Shown here one piece after another: positions 10,985 to 19,866 of a stretch of 57,189 nt of DNA. The DNA comes from an uncultured Actinomycetes bacterium. Lineage in GTDB: Bacteria; Actinomycetota; Actinomycetes; Nanopelagicales; Nanopelagicaceae. Each line of letters starts with the position of its first letter. Within the stretch, counting starts at the first letter, position 1. A model generated the notes under the pieces. The model saw only the letters and a list, made by a program, of their open reading frames with translations. It did not search any database and was not told the DNA's origin. The position numbers and the translations under genes were made by a program. Where the stretch lies: the NCBI GenBank assembly GCA_903916385.1, contig CAIWWH010000031.1, positions 1 to 57,189 on the forward strand, read 5' to 3'.

Positions 10985-12368
10985 CGTCGAACGGCTCGCA
11001 GGCAGAAATATCCACTTTGTTGGGATCGGTGGCGCCGGAATGTCGGGTATTGCCCGGATCATGCTCTCTCAGGGACTCTCAATCAGCGGAAGCGACGTGA
11101 AGGATTCTTCCATCACTCAAGTACTTGCCAACCTGGGTGCGAAGATATTCATCGGACACGACGCTAAGAATGTTTCAAATGTCGATCTATTGATCACCTC
11201 AGGCGCAATCGCGGAGGGGAATCCTGAACTTGTAGCCGCCAAGGAGCGCGGCCTGGAAATATTGACGCGCGCGCAAGCTCTTGCCTTCTTGATGGAGGGA
11301 AAGCGCTCAATCGCCGTAGCGGGGACTCATGGTAAGACGACCACTACAGCGATGCTGACCGTGGCCTTGCAGAGTGCAGGACTAGACCCCTCATTCGCCA
11401 TCGGTGGTTTGATAAATAGTTCTGGAGTGAATGCCCACCTTGGTAGCGGCGACATCTTTGTCGCAGAAGCTGATGAGTCAGATGGCTCATTCACTGCGTA
11501 TCACCCACTCGGTGCGATCATCACAAATCTCGAACTCGATCATGTTGACCACTTTGCCAGCCTAGAAGATCTTTATGCAGTCTTCGTTGAATTTATTAAC
11601 ACGATTCAGAGCGGTGGCTTTGTAATTGCTTGTGGTGACGATCCAGGAGTCAAAGAACTCATAACACGAGTTGATCGCAATGATCTATCGATTATTAGCT
11701 ATGGAGCGGGGGAGGCAGATTTTCAGCTATCGCGAATTCAATTAGAGCCATCTTCTTCGCTCGCGCGAATCTCTAAGAATGGAAAGATCCTCCCCGAGTT
11801 ACACCTCACCATTCCAGGTTTGCACAATCTCTTTAATGCCACTGCTGCACTCGCTGCCGGTGAGAGACTGGGCGCAGGCGTTCCTGAATTACTGCGTGGG
11901 CTTGAAACATTCAGTGGATCGCGTCGCCGCTTTGAACACAAAGGAAAGGTCAACGGGATCGAAGTCATTGATGATTATGGCCATCACCCCACCGAAATTC
12001 GCGTAACTCTTGAGACGGCCAAAGCTTATGCCGCTCCTGGTCGTGTACTTGTCATATTTCAACCACACCGCTTCTCTCGAACGCAGGCTTTTGCTCCAGA
12101 GTTCGCTCGATCTCTCGAGCTGGCAGATCAGGCATTCGTCCTGGAGGTATATCCGGCCAGCGAAGCCCCAATCCCTGGGGTTACCTCGCAACTCATAACT
12201 CGTTCGAGCAACACAGGATCGATTATGTACCAACCATCCATGCTTGCCGTCGTACAAGAAGTGCTCGAAGTTGCACAACCCGGAGATGTGATCATGACCC
12301 TAGGTGCTGGCGATGTGAACTCGCTTGCGCCGGTATTGGTACAAGCTCTTGAAGAGAGATATGCCTAG
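10977..12368 (+). CDS. murC: UDP-N-acetylmuramate--L-alanine ligase
   Basis: VGIGGAGMSGIA plus Mur ligase P-loop AGTHGKTTTT, 463 aa. Confidence 0.95.
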   Translation: MSSVERLAGRNIHFVGIGGAGMSGIARIMLSQGLSISGSDVKDSSITQVLANLGAKIFIGHDAKNVSNVDLLITSGAIAEGNPELVAAKERGLEILTRAQALAFLMEGKRSIAVAGTHGKTTTTAMLTVALQSAGLDPSFAIGGLINSSGVNAHLGSGDIFVAEADESDGSFTAYHPLGAIITNLELDHVDHFASLEDLYAVFVEFINTIQSGGFVIACGDDPGVKELITRVDRNDLSIISYGAGEADFQLSRIQLEPSSSLARISKNGKILPELHLTIPGLHNLFNATAALAAGERLGAGVPELLRGLETFSGSRRRFEHKGKVNGIEVIDDYGHHPTEIRVTLETAKAYAAPGRVLVIFQPHRFSRTQAFAPEFARSLELADQAFVLEVYPASEAPIPGVTSQLITRSSNTGSIMYQPSMLAVVQEVLEVAQPGDVIMTLGAGDVNSLAPVLVQALEERYA

Positions 12369-13056
12369 GCGGCGTTTTCGCAGCGCTCCGGGATTATTTC
12401 TCGTCATTGTCTTGATCGGGATGCTCGGTTATCTCTTGGGGTGGTCTAAGGCTCTTGAGATTAAGACAATTGAGATCAAGGCTGCAGGCAATGAGGCGAT
12501 CGTGATGCCAGTATTGATTCCAAAAGATTTGCGGGTTGGACTTCCGATCGCTCGAGTAAGTCCACAACGCATCCGCAACGACCTTGCTCAATTCTCGTGG
12601 ATTCAGAAGATCACAATAAGGAGGCGTTGGCTAGCTCACGATGTAAGTGTCGATATATCTGAACGGCGCGCTATTGCGCAGTATGTCGATAGCAAAGGCG
12701 TCACAGAATATTTTGATGGATCTGGTTTCAATTTCATTGCACCCAATCCACCATCTGGTTTGCCAGTCATTGGTTTTGCCAATGAGAGTACGGCTGCACG
12801 AAGTGCAATCGCTACCTTCCTAGCCCAAACTCCCAGTGATTTAACTGCAAAGATGTCGAGCCTCTCCATTGATGGTCAGAATCAGATCGCTCTCACCACC
12901 GCACTTCCCGGTTATAGCGCTCTTAATATCAGTTGGGGGGTCGCCAGCGAGTTGACCCTTAAAGTGCAAGTGCTACGCCAGTTGTTAACTCTTCCTGAAA
13001 ATAAAAAGATTGTGAGTGTTGATCTCAGCAATCCACTTACCCCAGTTGTGAAGTAG
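12361..13056 (+). CDS. ftsQ: Cell division protein FtsQ
   Basis: Single TM helix (LFLVIVLIGMLGYLLGW) followed by a POTRA/FtsQ-type domain, in the slot between murC and ftsZ. I prefer ATG 12361 (MPRRRF...) over the track's TTG 12325, which lies deep inside murC. Confidence 0.8.
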   Translation: MPRRRFRSAPGLFLVIVLIGMLGYLLGWSKALEIKTIEIKAAGNEAIVMPVLIPKDLRVGLPIARVSPQRIRNDLAQFSWIQKITIRRRWLAHDVSVDISERRAIAQYVDSKGVTEYFDGSGFNFIAPNPPSGLPVIGFANESTAARSAIATFLAQTPSDLTAKMSSLSIDGQNQIALTTALPGYSALNISWGVASELTLKVQVLRQLLTLPENKKIVSVDLSNPLTPVVK

Positions 13057-13059
13057 ATA

Positions 13060-13080
13060 CTCTCAACACTGCATTGAGAG
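13060..13080 (+). terminator. Stem-loop directly after the ftsQ stop (CTCTCAA-7 nt-TTGAGAG)
   Basis: 7-bp perfect inverted repeat read from the sequence. There is no U-tract, so function as a terminator or attenuator is uncertain. Confidence 0.25.
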
Positions 13081-13206
13081 ATTGCTCCCTCTCGATATCG
13101 TGTCGGTATTTGCGTGCTCGATTCCCTCACCCTACTTTTACGGCATTAGATCATGGCTGTACTTTAAGTCTCGACTCGAGATTTAGAGTCTTAGGAGAGG
13201 TAAAAC

Positions 13207-14367
13207 GTGGCGACACCGCAGAACTATTTGGCCGTTATCAAAGTCGTTGGAATTGGTGGCGGAGGAGTTAATGCTGTCAATCGCATGATTGAAGCGGGCC
13301 TCAAGGGTGTCGAATTTATCGCGATCAATACCGATGCGCAGCAGTTGATCATGAGCGATGCAGATGTGAAGCTAGATATTGGTCGCAAGTCAACGCGTGG
13401 TCTCGGTGCAGGGGCTGCTCCTGAGGTAGGTCGCCAAGCAGCGCTTGATCACATTGAAGAGATTGAAGAAGTCCTTCGTGGCGCCGATATGGTCTTTGTA
13501 ACTGCAGGTGAAGGTGGAGGAACTGGAACCGGTGGCGCTCCCATCGTTGCAAAGGTGGCCCGTGACCTTGGTGCTCTCACCGTTGGGGTGGTCACGAAGC
13601 CGTTCTCCTTCGAAGCAAAGCATCGGACGATCCAGGCTGAAGAGGGAATCGAACTCTTGCGCGCTGAAGTCGACACACTGATCGTCATTCCGAACGATCG
13701 TCTACTTGCCATTTCAGATCGCTCTATCACGGCAGTTGAAGCATTCCGCAGCGCCGATCAAGTTCTCCTCTCTGGAGTCCAGGGGATCACCGATCTCATC
13801 ACGACTCCTGGCCTGATTAACCTCGACTTTGCCGATGTGAAGAGCGTCATGCAAGGTGCAGGTTCAGCTCTTATGGGAATTGGATCGGCTCGTGGTGAGG
13901 CTAGAGCTACACGCGCAGCTGAACTCGCTATTGCAAGTCCACTCCTAGAGGCTTCCATAGACGGCGCTCGTGGGGTTTTGCTCTCGATCGCAGGTGGATC
14001 AGACCTAGGTCTCTTCGAATTGAGCGAGGCTGCTGAGCTCGTTGCAAAGTCTGCCCACCCGGAAGCCAACATCATCTTTGGAACTGTGATTGATGATGCA
14101 CTCGGTGACGAAGTTCGCATTACTGTGATTGCAGCTGGCTTCGATGGTGGCGCTCCCAAGCGTGCACCTATGCCGACCATCACTGCGGCAGCGCTCAGCG
14201 GGCAGGCAGATCCGATTGCAGCTAACGATCCAATCGCAGTGGCCCTTGAGCTCTCAGGAATCGAAGATACGGCAGAGATTGCGCTCCCAGCTGCTCCACG
14301 CCGTCGCGTGACTTTTGAAGATCTTGTAAGTGAGGACGAGATAGACGTTCCCGACTTTATGAAGTAA
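13207..14367 (+). CDS. ftsZ: Cell division GTPase FtsZ
   Basis: [10 protein letters not shown] and tubulin signature [11 protein letters not shown]-terminal peptide [13 protein letters not shown] start with SD GGAGAGG upstream. Confidence 0.97.
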   Translation: MATPQNYLAVIKVVGIGGGGVNAVNRMIEAGLKGVEFIAINTDAQQLIMSDADVKLDIGRKSTRGLGAGAAPEVGRQAALDHIEEIEEVLRGADMVFVTAGEGGGTGTGGAPIVAKVARDLGALTVGVVTKPFSFEAKHRTIQAEEGIELLRAEVDTLIVIPNDRLLAISDRSITAVEAFRSADQVLLSGVQGITDLITTPGLINLDFADVKSVMQGAGSALMGIGSARGEARATRAAELAIASPLLEASIDGARGVLLSIAGGSDLGLFELSEAAELVAKSAHPEANIIFGTVIDDALGDEVRITVIAAGFDGGAPKRAPMPTITAAALSGQADPIAANDPIAVALELSGIEDTAEIALPAAPRRRVTFEDLVSEDEIDVPDFMK

Positions 14368-15006
14368 ATGTCTCGAACACTCTTCACCTCGCGCTTCGGT
14401 GGCGACTTAAAGGACCCGGCTCAGCGTGAGAAGTTGCGTGCCTCGCTCTCTCTCGGGACGCTGCACTTTATGCGACAAACTCATAGCGATCGAGTCATCG
14501 TGGTTGAAGAGGCTGTGGTTGAAGAGGCTGTGGTTGAAGAGGCTGGCGAAGAGCTCGGGTGCGATGCGCTTATTACCTCAAGTAAATCTGTGGGGATCGC
14601 CGCGTTAGCTGCCGACTGTATGCCGATCACCTTTAGCGCGGTTGGACTGGTCGGGGTTGCGCACGTGGGACGGGTTGGACTTGTGAATGGGATTGCACAA
14701 AAGGTTGTAGACCAGATGCGCGAGATGGGTGCTGCTGAGATCAAGGCGGTAATTGGTCCCAGTATCTGCGGTGACTGCTACGAGGTTTCTCCGACGATGT
14801 ATGAGGAAGTCATTGCACTCATGCCAGCCACAGCAACTTCCAGAGAGCGGCGCGCTCTCGATTTGCAGAGAGGTGTGACGGCTCAACTTCACGAGAGGGG
14901 CGTTGCAGTGCGAAATATTGGAATCTGCACCCTCGAAAGCCCAGCCTTCTTCTCCTTCCGTGGTGGAGACCTGCAGATGAGGCAGGCTGGTTTAATCTCG
15001 CTGTGA
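14368..15006 (+). CDS. pgeF: YfiH/PgeF (DUF152, laccase-domain, peptidoglycan editing factor) family protein (YlmD)
   Basis: Family motifs ADCMPI, HVGRVG and CTLESPAFFSFRG. Conserved position directly after ftsZ. Contains an in-frame 3x15-nt repeat. Confidence 0.88.
   Translation: MSRTLFTSRFGGDLKDPAQREKLRASLSLGTLHFMRQTHSDRVIVVEEAVVEEAVVEEAGEELGCDALITSSKSVGIAALAADCMPITFSAVGLVGVAHVGRVGLVNGIAQKVVDQMREMGAAEIKAVIGPSICGDCYEVSPTMYEEVIALMPATATSRERRALDLQRGVTAQLHERGVAVRNIGICTLESPAFFSFRGGDLQMRQAGLISL
14500..14544 (+). repeat. Perfect tandem repeat, 3 x 15 nt (GTGGTTGAAGAGGCT), in frame inside pgeF
   Basis: Three identical head-to-tail copies at 14500-14514, 14515-14529 and 14530-14544, encoding (VVEEA)x3. 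A degenerate partial copy (GGCGAAGAGCT) follows. Confidence 0.95.
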
Positions 15007-15689
15007 GTAGATACTCGGAGATTGCAGCCAACTTGGCATCTGTCCAGTCTCGCATCGGCGCCGCGGCCCTTGCTGTCGGTCGCACTCCGGAGGAGATCGC
15101 GCTCATAGCGGTTACAAAGAACTTTCCACTGAGCGATGTAGAGATTTTGCATGAGCTGGGAATTAGGAATTTCGGCGAGAATCGAGATCAAGAGGGCCTG
15201 GCAAAATCTGAGCAACTTTCGGGAGATTCTCGCTGGCACTTTCAGGGTCAGATTCAAAGCCGCAAGATTAAATCCATTGGTAGTTGGGCAGGGGTCATTC
15301 ACTCCCTTGATTCACTCGACCACGCCCGCAAATTTGCAACCTTGACTCAATTTCGCCAGCGAGAGTTCTTTGTGCAGGTCAATTTAGAACCAGCAAGGGT
15401 CGATCGCGGGGGAGTCGCTCTTGAATCCCTTGAGGACTTCATATCTGACCTTCATGCAGAGAGTGGAATCTCACCGATCGGTCTTATGACAGTAGCCCCT
15501 GTGGACTCTCCAGCCCAGGCGGCGTTCTCTGCCCTGAAGCAAGCGCAGCGCCGATTAATCCCTGACTTTCCATCCCTCACTCATTTATCAATGGGGATGA
15601 GCGGTGATTTTGAGGAGGCGATTTACGAGGGTGCGACACATATCCGCGTAGGGAGTTCAATCCTCGGTTCTCGTGGACTTCCCGCCTAA
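15003..15689 (+). CDS. yggS: YggS/YlmE family pyridoxal-phosphate homeostasis protein
   Basis: 228 aa with a family-typical N-terminus (VTKNFP...FGENRDQE). GTGA overlap with pgeF. Conserved ylmE slot. Confidence 0.9.
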   Translation: MSRYSEIAANLASVQSRIGAAALAVGRTPEEIALIAVTKNFPLSDVEILHELGIRNFGENRDQEGLAKSEQLSGDSRWHFQGQIQSRKIKSIGSWAGVIHSLDSLDHARKFATLTQFRQREFFVQVNLEPARVDRGGVALESLEDFISDLHAESGISPIGLMTVAPVDSPAQAAFSALKQAQRRLIPDFPSLTHLSMGMSGDFEEAIYEGATHIRVGSSILGSRGLPA

Positions 15690-15698
15690 AATAAGGCT

Positions 15699-16196
15699 AT
15701 GGCAAATGTATTTAAGAAGGCTGCAAATTATCTCGGTCTCGTTGACGATGAAGAAGAGCTGCACTCTGCCCCCCTTCGTGAAGAGCCACGCCGCGCAGTG
15801 CGTTCGGTGGCCCAGGAGCCACGTCCAACTTTTAACCCGATCCCAGCTCCGGTTCGTCGCGCGCCAGTCGAGGCAAGCGCACCCACATATGCCCCAACTC
15901 AGGATCAATTTCCCATGATGGATCAGATCTTCACTATCCACCCTCGTTTCTACAATGAGGCACGCACCGTAGGTGAGCGCTATCGCCTCGGCCAACCAGT
16001 TTTGATGAATCTTTCAGATATGGATGAATCAGAGCGCAAGCGTCTAGTGGACTTTGCATCAGGACTCGCTTTTGGTCTGCATGGCAGCATTGAGCGCGTT
16101 ACATCAAAAGTATTTCTTCTTACTCCTGCTAATGTCAGGGTCAGCACCGAGAACAAAACTGCGGCAACAGAGGCGAGTTTCTTTAACCAAAGTTGA
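15699..16196 (+). CDS. sepF: Cell division protein SepF
   Basis: 165 aa with a variable N-terminus and a conserved C-terminal SepF core (IHPRFYNEARTVGERYRLGQPVLMNL...VFLLTP). dcw-distal position. Confidence 0.92.
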   Translation: MANVFKKAANYLGLVDDEEELHSAPLREEPRRAVRSVAQEPRPTFNPIPAPVRRAPVEASAPTYAPTQDQFPMMDQIFTIHPRFYNEARTVGERYRLGQPVLMNLSDMDESERKRLVDFASGLAFGLHGSIERVTSKVFLLTPANVRVSTENKTAATEASFFNQS

Positions 16197-16225
16197 TTTA
16201 ACTTTTTCTGGAGTGGGGAATTGCG

Positions 16226-16513
16226 ATGAGTAGTCTGGGTAGCGTTATTGTCTTTGTGCTCAATATCTTTATCCTCTCGCTCTTCGGGAGAGTGATCCTC
16301 GATTACGTCAGAATCTTCTCCCCGTCATGGCGCCCTAAAGGCATCATCTTGGCAATTGCAGAATTGGTCTATGCAGTTACAGATCCTATTATGCGTTTTG
16401 TGCGGCGCTTTATTCCATCACTTCGCATCGGACCAGTCGCTGTTGATATCTCATTTCTCTTGGTCTTCTTTGTTACTGAGATTCTGATCTCTTTCGCGCG
16501 GCGTATTCATTAA
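16226..16513 (+). CDS. yggT: YggT/YlmG family membrane protein
   Basis: 95 aa with two hydrophobic helices, in the conserved slot after sepF. SD GGAGTGGGGA upstream. Confidence 0.85.
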   Translation: MSSLGSVIVFVLNIFILSLFGRVILDYVRIFSPSWRPKGIILAIAELVYAVTDPIMRFVRRFIPSLRIGPVAVDISFLLVFFVTEILISFARRIH

Positions 16514-16514
16514 C

Positions 16515-19500
16515 TCACGCTTTAGTAAGAGTTAGCCCCAAACCAATCTCATTCTCGTCGATACTTAGCTTCGCGTCCTTTGCAATAGAGAGTGCAAGAA
16601 CTTCCTCTGAAATTTGCACTGCGAATTCATTAATTGCCGCCTCAAGATCTGTGCCACCGTTCCAGAGGACGTGAATGCGATCACTGATCTCAAAGCCAGA
16701 ACTCTTCCGCTGCTCTTGAATTGTGCGAATAACTTCACGAGCCAATCCAGCTCGTACTAATGCGGGGGTGAGAGCCAAATCTAGTGCGAGGCTCTCTCCG
16801 GAGTGAGTAGCTACTGACCAACCCTCTTTGGGAGTTTCAGTGATAACGAGATCTTCTGCCGTCAGATCTGCGCTCTCCTCGCCATAACTCAATGAATAAG
16901 TTCCATCCTTGCGCAAGTGTTGAACGAGATGGGCGGCGTCAGCACCAGCGATGGCAGCAGCAATGGCTTGCACATCTGCGCCATAGCGGGCTCCGATGGA
17001 GCGGAAATTAGCCTTGATCGAAATGCTGACTAAGTCTTCACTCTCATCCGAGAGAAGATCTAACTGGAGGACATTTAGTTCATCCTTGATGTGTTCACGG
17101 ATTTCACTGTCCATCGCGTTCCAACCGGAAGCGGCGACAAGAGCGCGGGCCAGTGGTTGACGGATTTTAATCTTTGATTCGGCTCGGGCTGCGCGTCCCA
17201 ACTCAACGAGTCGGCGAGAGAGAGCCACTGCGGCAGAGAGATGTGTATCAATCACGGTGGTATCTGCAATGGGAAATGAGGAGAGATGGACTGATTCGGT
17301 GGCAGTGGGTTCTCCCACGCGGATCAAGGTCTGCCAGACATGTTCAGTGATGAATGGGACCATGGGTGACATCAGTTGAGTCAGGCTCTTGAGGCAGGCA
17401 AAGAGTGTGTTCAGCGCATCTAGGTCGCCATCCCAGAAGCGTCGGCGAGAGCGACGTACATACCAATTAGAGAGATCATCGATAAAGGTCGCAAGGAGTC
17501 GACCAACTTCTTGCGAATCAAATGCAGTATAAGCGGCATCAACCGCGACCACCAGAGAGTTGAGCTCGGAGATGATCCAACGATCCATCGTTACGCTCGA
17601 AGGGGTTGCAGACTCTGAAATGTGGAAATCTGTCGCACTTGCGTAGAGAGTGAAGAAGGAGACGGTATTCCAGTAGGTAAGCAGTGTTTTACGAACAACA
17701 TCAGAAAGCGCATCGTGGCCCACGCGACGCGCACTCCAAGGGGAGCCAGCGGCGAGCATGTACCAGCGCACGGCATCGGCCCCATGCTGATCCATCAAAG
17801 GAATTGGTTGAAGGACATTGCCTAAGTGCTTACTCATCTTGCGGCCATCTTTATCCAAGATATGTCCGAGACAGAGCACCGTCTTGTAAGAGGATTCATC
17901 GAAGACCAACGTTCCGATAGTCATCAACGTGTAGAACCAACCGCGGGTCTGGTCAATCGCTTCGGCGATGAAATCTGCAGGGTAGGCAGCGTTGAGCGCT
18001 TCGACTGAGCCCTCTTTGTGAGGATAGCCCCATTGCGCAAAGGGCATCGCACCGGAGTCATACCAACAGTCGATGACTTCGCTTACTCGATTCATAGTTT
18101 GCGAGCACTCTGCGCAAGGAAAGCTGATGTCATCGACGAAGGGGCGATGCGGATCGGTTGCGCTTACATCTTTTCCGGAGAGTTCAGAGAGTTCAGCCAA
18201 CGAACCCACACAATGCAAATGGCCTTCAGGGCAGCGCCACAATGGGAGGGGAGTGCCCCAGTAGCGATTGCGTGAAATTGCCCAGTCAATGTTGTTCTCG
18301 AGCCAATCTCCGAAGCGACCTGTCTTAATTGTTTCGGGGTGCCAATCGGTCTTGGCATTTTGTGCGAGCAGTTCATCTTTGATGGCAGTTGTACGGATGT
18401 ACCACGATGGCTGCGCGTAGTACATGAGAGGTGTGTGGCAGCGCCAGCAATGTGGATACGAGTGCTCGAATTGCAGTTGACGGAAGAGGACGCCGCGAGA
18501 TTTAAGCTCGCGGACCAAAGTTTTATCGGCCTCCTTAAAGAAGATTCCACCAACAAGTGGAACATCGGCTAAGAACTTTCCATCAGGAGCCATTGGATTT
18601 ACAACAGGAAGTCCATAGCGACGAGAGACTAAGAAGTCATCTGCGCCAAATGCAGGAGATTGGTGTACCAGACCCGTTCCGTCTTCGACCGTTACATAGT
18701 CAGCGAGGACGATGTAATGCGAATCGGGAATCTCGATGAGATCGAGAGGGCGTTGGTAAGTGGTCTTCTCGAGTTCCGTACCGAGGAAGGTTGCAACAAC
18801 TTTTCGTTCTTCTCCAAGGATATGTGCCAGATTGCTGGCGATGACCAAGCGTTCACTTCCGGCATCGGTCGGAATCTCGCAGACCTGATATTCGACCTTG
18901 GGATTGACGGCGATCGCGGTATTGGAAACTAAGGTCCATGGAGTCGTGGTCCATACCAAGAAGGATGCGCCAAGTTCGGCAATGACTCCCGATGTGGCAG
19001 GGAAGCGAATATAGACCGAGGGATCGACAACAGTTTCATATCCTTGTGCCAGTTCGTGGTCGGAGAGTCCAGTTCCGCAACGCGGGCAGTACGGGGCCAC
19101 GCGATGATCTTGAACTAGCAACCCCTTCTTCCAAATCTGCTGCAGTGACCACCAGACGCTTTCGACATACTCTGGAGACATCGTCCAGTAGGCCTCATCA
19201 AAATCCACCCAGAAGCCCATGCGGCGAGTCATCGCGGTGAACTCATCTACGTGGCGCTGGACTGATTCGCGACACTTTTCGTTGAAGGCGGCGATTCCAT
19301 ACTTCTCGATATCGCCCTTTCCAGAGAAGCCCAGCTCCTTCTCAACGGCAATCTCTACTGGCAGTCCGTGGCAATCCCAACCCGCCTTGCGAACTACCTG
19401 CATCCCCTTCATGGTCTGATAGCGGGGAAAGAGATCCTTAAAGGCGCGGGCTTCAATGTGGTGGGTACCAGGGGAGCCATTGGCAGTGGGTGGGCCCTCG

Positions 19501-19652
19501 TAGAAGGTCCACCCTGGAGCGCCATCGCGGGCCGAAACGCTCTTGGCGAATATCTCGTTCTGCTCCCAGAAATTCAGGATCTGATGCTCTGTTGCGGGGA
19601 GGTCGATCTGAGGTGGGAGGCTCTTAAATGGGCTGGAACCCTGCGCTGCCAT
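16515..19652 (-). CDS. ileS: Isoleucine--tRNA ligase (long, type 2 form common in Actinobacteria)
   Basis: About 1045 aa starting MAAQGSSPFKSLPP.... Class I synthetase motifs are present (TANGSPGTHH and KMSKHLGN). The start is placed at AUG 19652 because GAGGAG lies 5 nt upstream. The track's start at 19745 adds a repeat-derived extension with no SD. Confidence 0.93.
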   Translation of the reverse strand: MAAQGSSPFKSLPPQIDLPATEHQILNFWEQNEIFAKSVSARDGAPGWTFYEGPPTANGSPGTHHIEARAFKDLFPRYQTMKGMQVVRKAGWDCHGLPVEIAVEKELGFSGKGDIEKYGIAAFNEKCRESVQRHVDEFTAMTRRMGFWVDFDEAYWTMSPEYVESVWWSLQQIWKKGLLVQDHRVAPYCPRCGTGLSDHELAQGYETVVDPSVYIRFPATSGVIAELGASFLVWTTTPWTLVSNTAIAVNPKVEYQVCEIPTDAGSERLVIASNLAHILGEERKVVATFLGTELEKTTYQRPLDLIEIPDSHYIVLADYVTVEDGTGLVHQSPAFGADDFLVSRRYGLPVVNPMAPDGKFLADVPLVGGIFFKEADKTLVRELKSRGVLFRQLQFEHSYPHCWRCHTPLMYYAQPSWYIRTTAIKDELLAQNAKTDWHPETIKTGRFGDWLENNIDWAISRNRYWGTPLPLWRCPEGHLHCVGSLAELSELSGKDVSATDPHRPFVDDISFPCAECSQTMNRVSEVIDCWYDSGAMPFAQWGYPHKEGSVEALNAAYPADFIAEAIDQTRGWFYTLMTIGTLVFDESSYKTVLCLGHILDKDGRKMSKHLGNVLQPIPLMDQHGADAVRWYMLAAGSPWSARRVGHDALSDVVRKTLLTYWNTVSFFTLYASATDFHISESATPSSVTMDRWIISELNSLVVAVDAAYTAFDSQEVGRLLATFIDDLSNWYVRRSRRRFWDGDLDALNTLFACLKSLTQLMSPMVPFITEHVWQTLIRVGEPTATESVHLSSFPIADTTVIDTHLSAAVALSRRLVELGRAARAESKIKIRQPLARALVAASGWNAMDSEIREHIKDELNVLQLDLLSDESEDLVSISIKANFRSIGARYGADVQAIAAAIAGADAAHLVQHLRKDGTYSLSYGEESADLTAEDLVITETPKEGWSVATHSGESLALDLALTPALVRAGLAREVIRTIQEQRKSSGFEISDRIHVLWNGGTDLEAAINEFAVQISEEVLALSIAKDAKLSIDENEIGLGLTLTKA

Positions 19653-19680
19653 CTCAACTCCTCGCTCTCGCTGCTCTTTA

Positions 19681-19746
19681 CCCGTGACTGGACCCGTGCC
19701 TGGACCCGTGACTGGACCCGTGACTGGACCCGTGACTGGACCCATG
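19681..19746. repeat. Tandem repeat, 5 x 12 nt (plus strand CCCGTGACTGGA) plus a truncated sixth copy, in the ileS 5' leader
   Basis: Copies at 19681, 19693 (one A>C change), 19705, 19717 and 19729, then CCCATG. It is in frame with ileS, reading GPVT repeats in the ORF track. Confidence 0.95.
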
Positions 19747-19866
19747 AAAGGGGGAGTCTAGCGCGGCGGAGTTGGTAATTCCCCGCTCTTCGCTCTAGCC
19801 TTCTCGCTCGCAGGTAACTCACTCGGTGACCTCTCATGGTCTTCCTCAGGTGGGCTGAGTAGAGAA

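Noticed and set aside
19653-19745. N-terminal extension MGPVTGPVTGPVTGPGTGPVTGKEQRERGVE fused to IleS in the ORF track
   Set aside because: The upstream AUG has no SD, whereas the internal AUG at 19652 has GAGGAG at ideal spacing and yields a typical IleS N-terminus (MAAQGSSPFKSLPP...). The extension is just the 12-nt repeat read in frame. It is kept as an open possibility in the findings but not called as CDS.
19681-19746. Whether the 12-nt repeat array is a CRISPR array
   Set aside because: The units are directly adjacent with no spacers and only 12 nt long. No cas genes or leader are present, so this is a simple tandem repeat.
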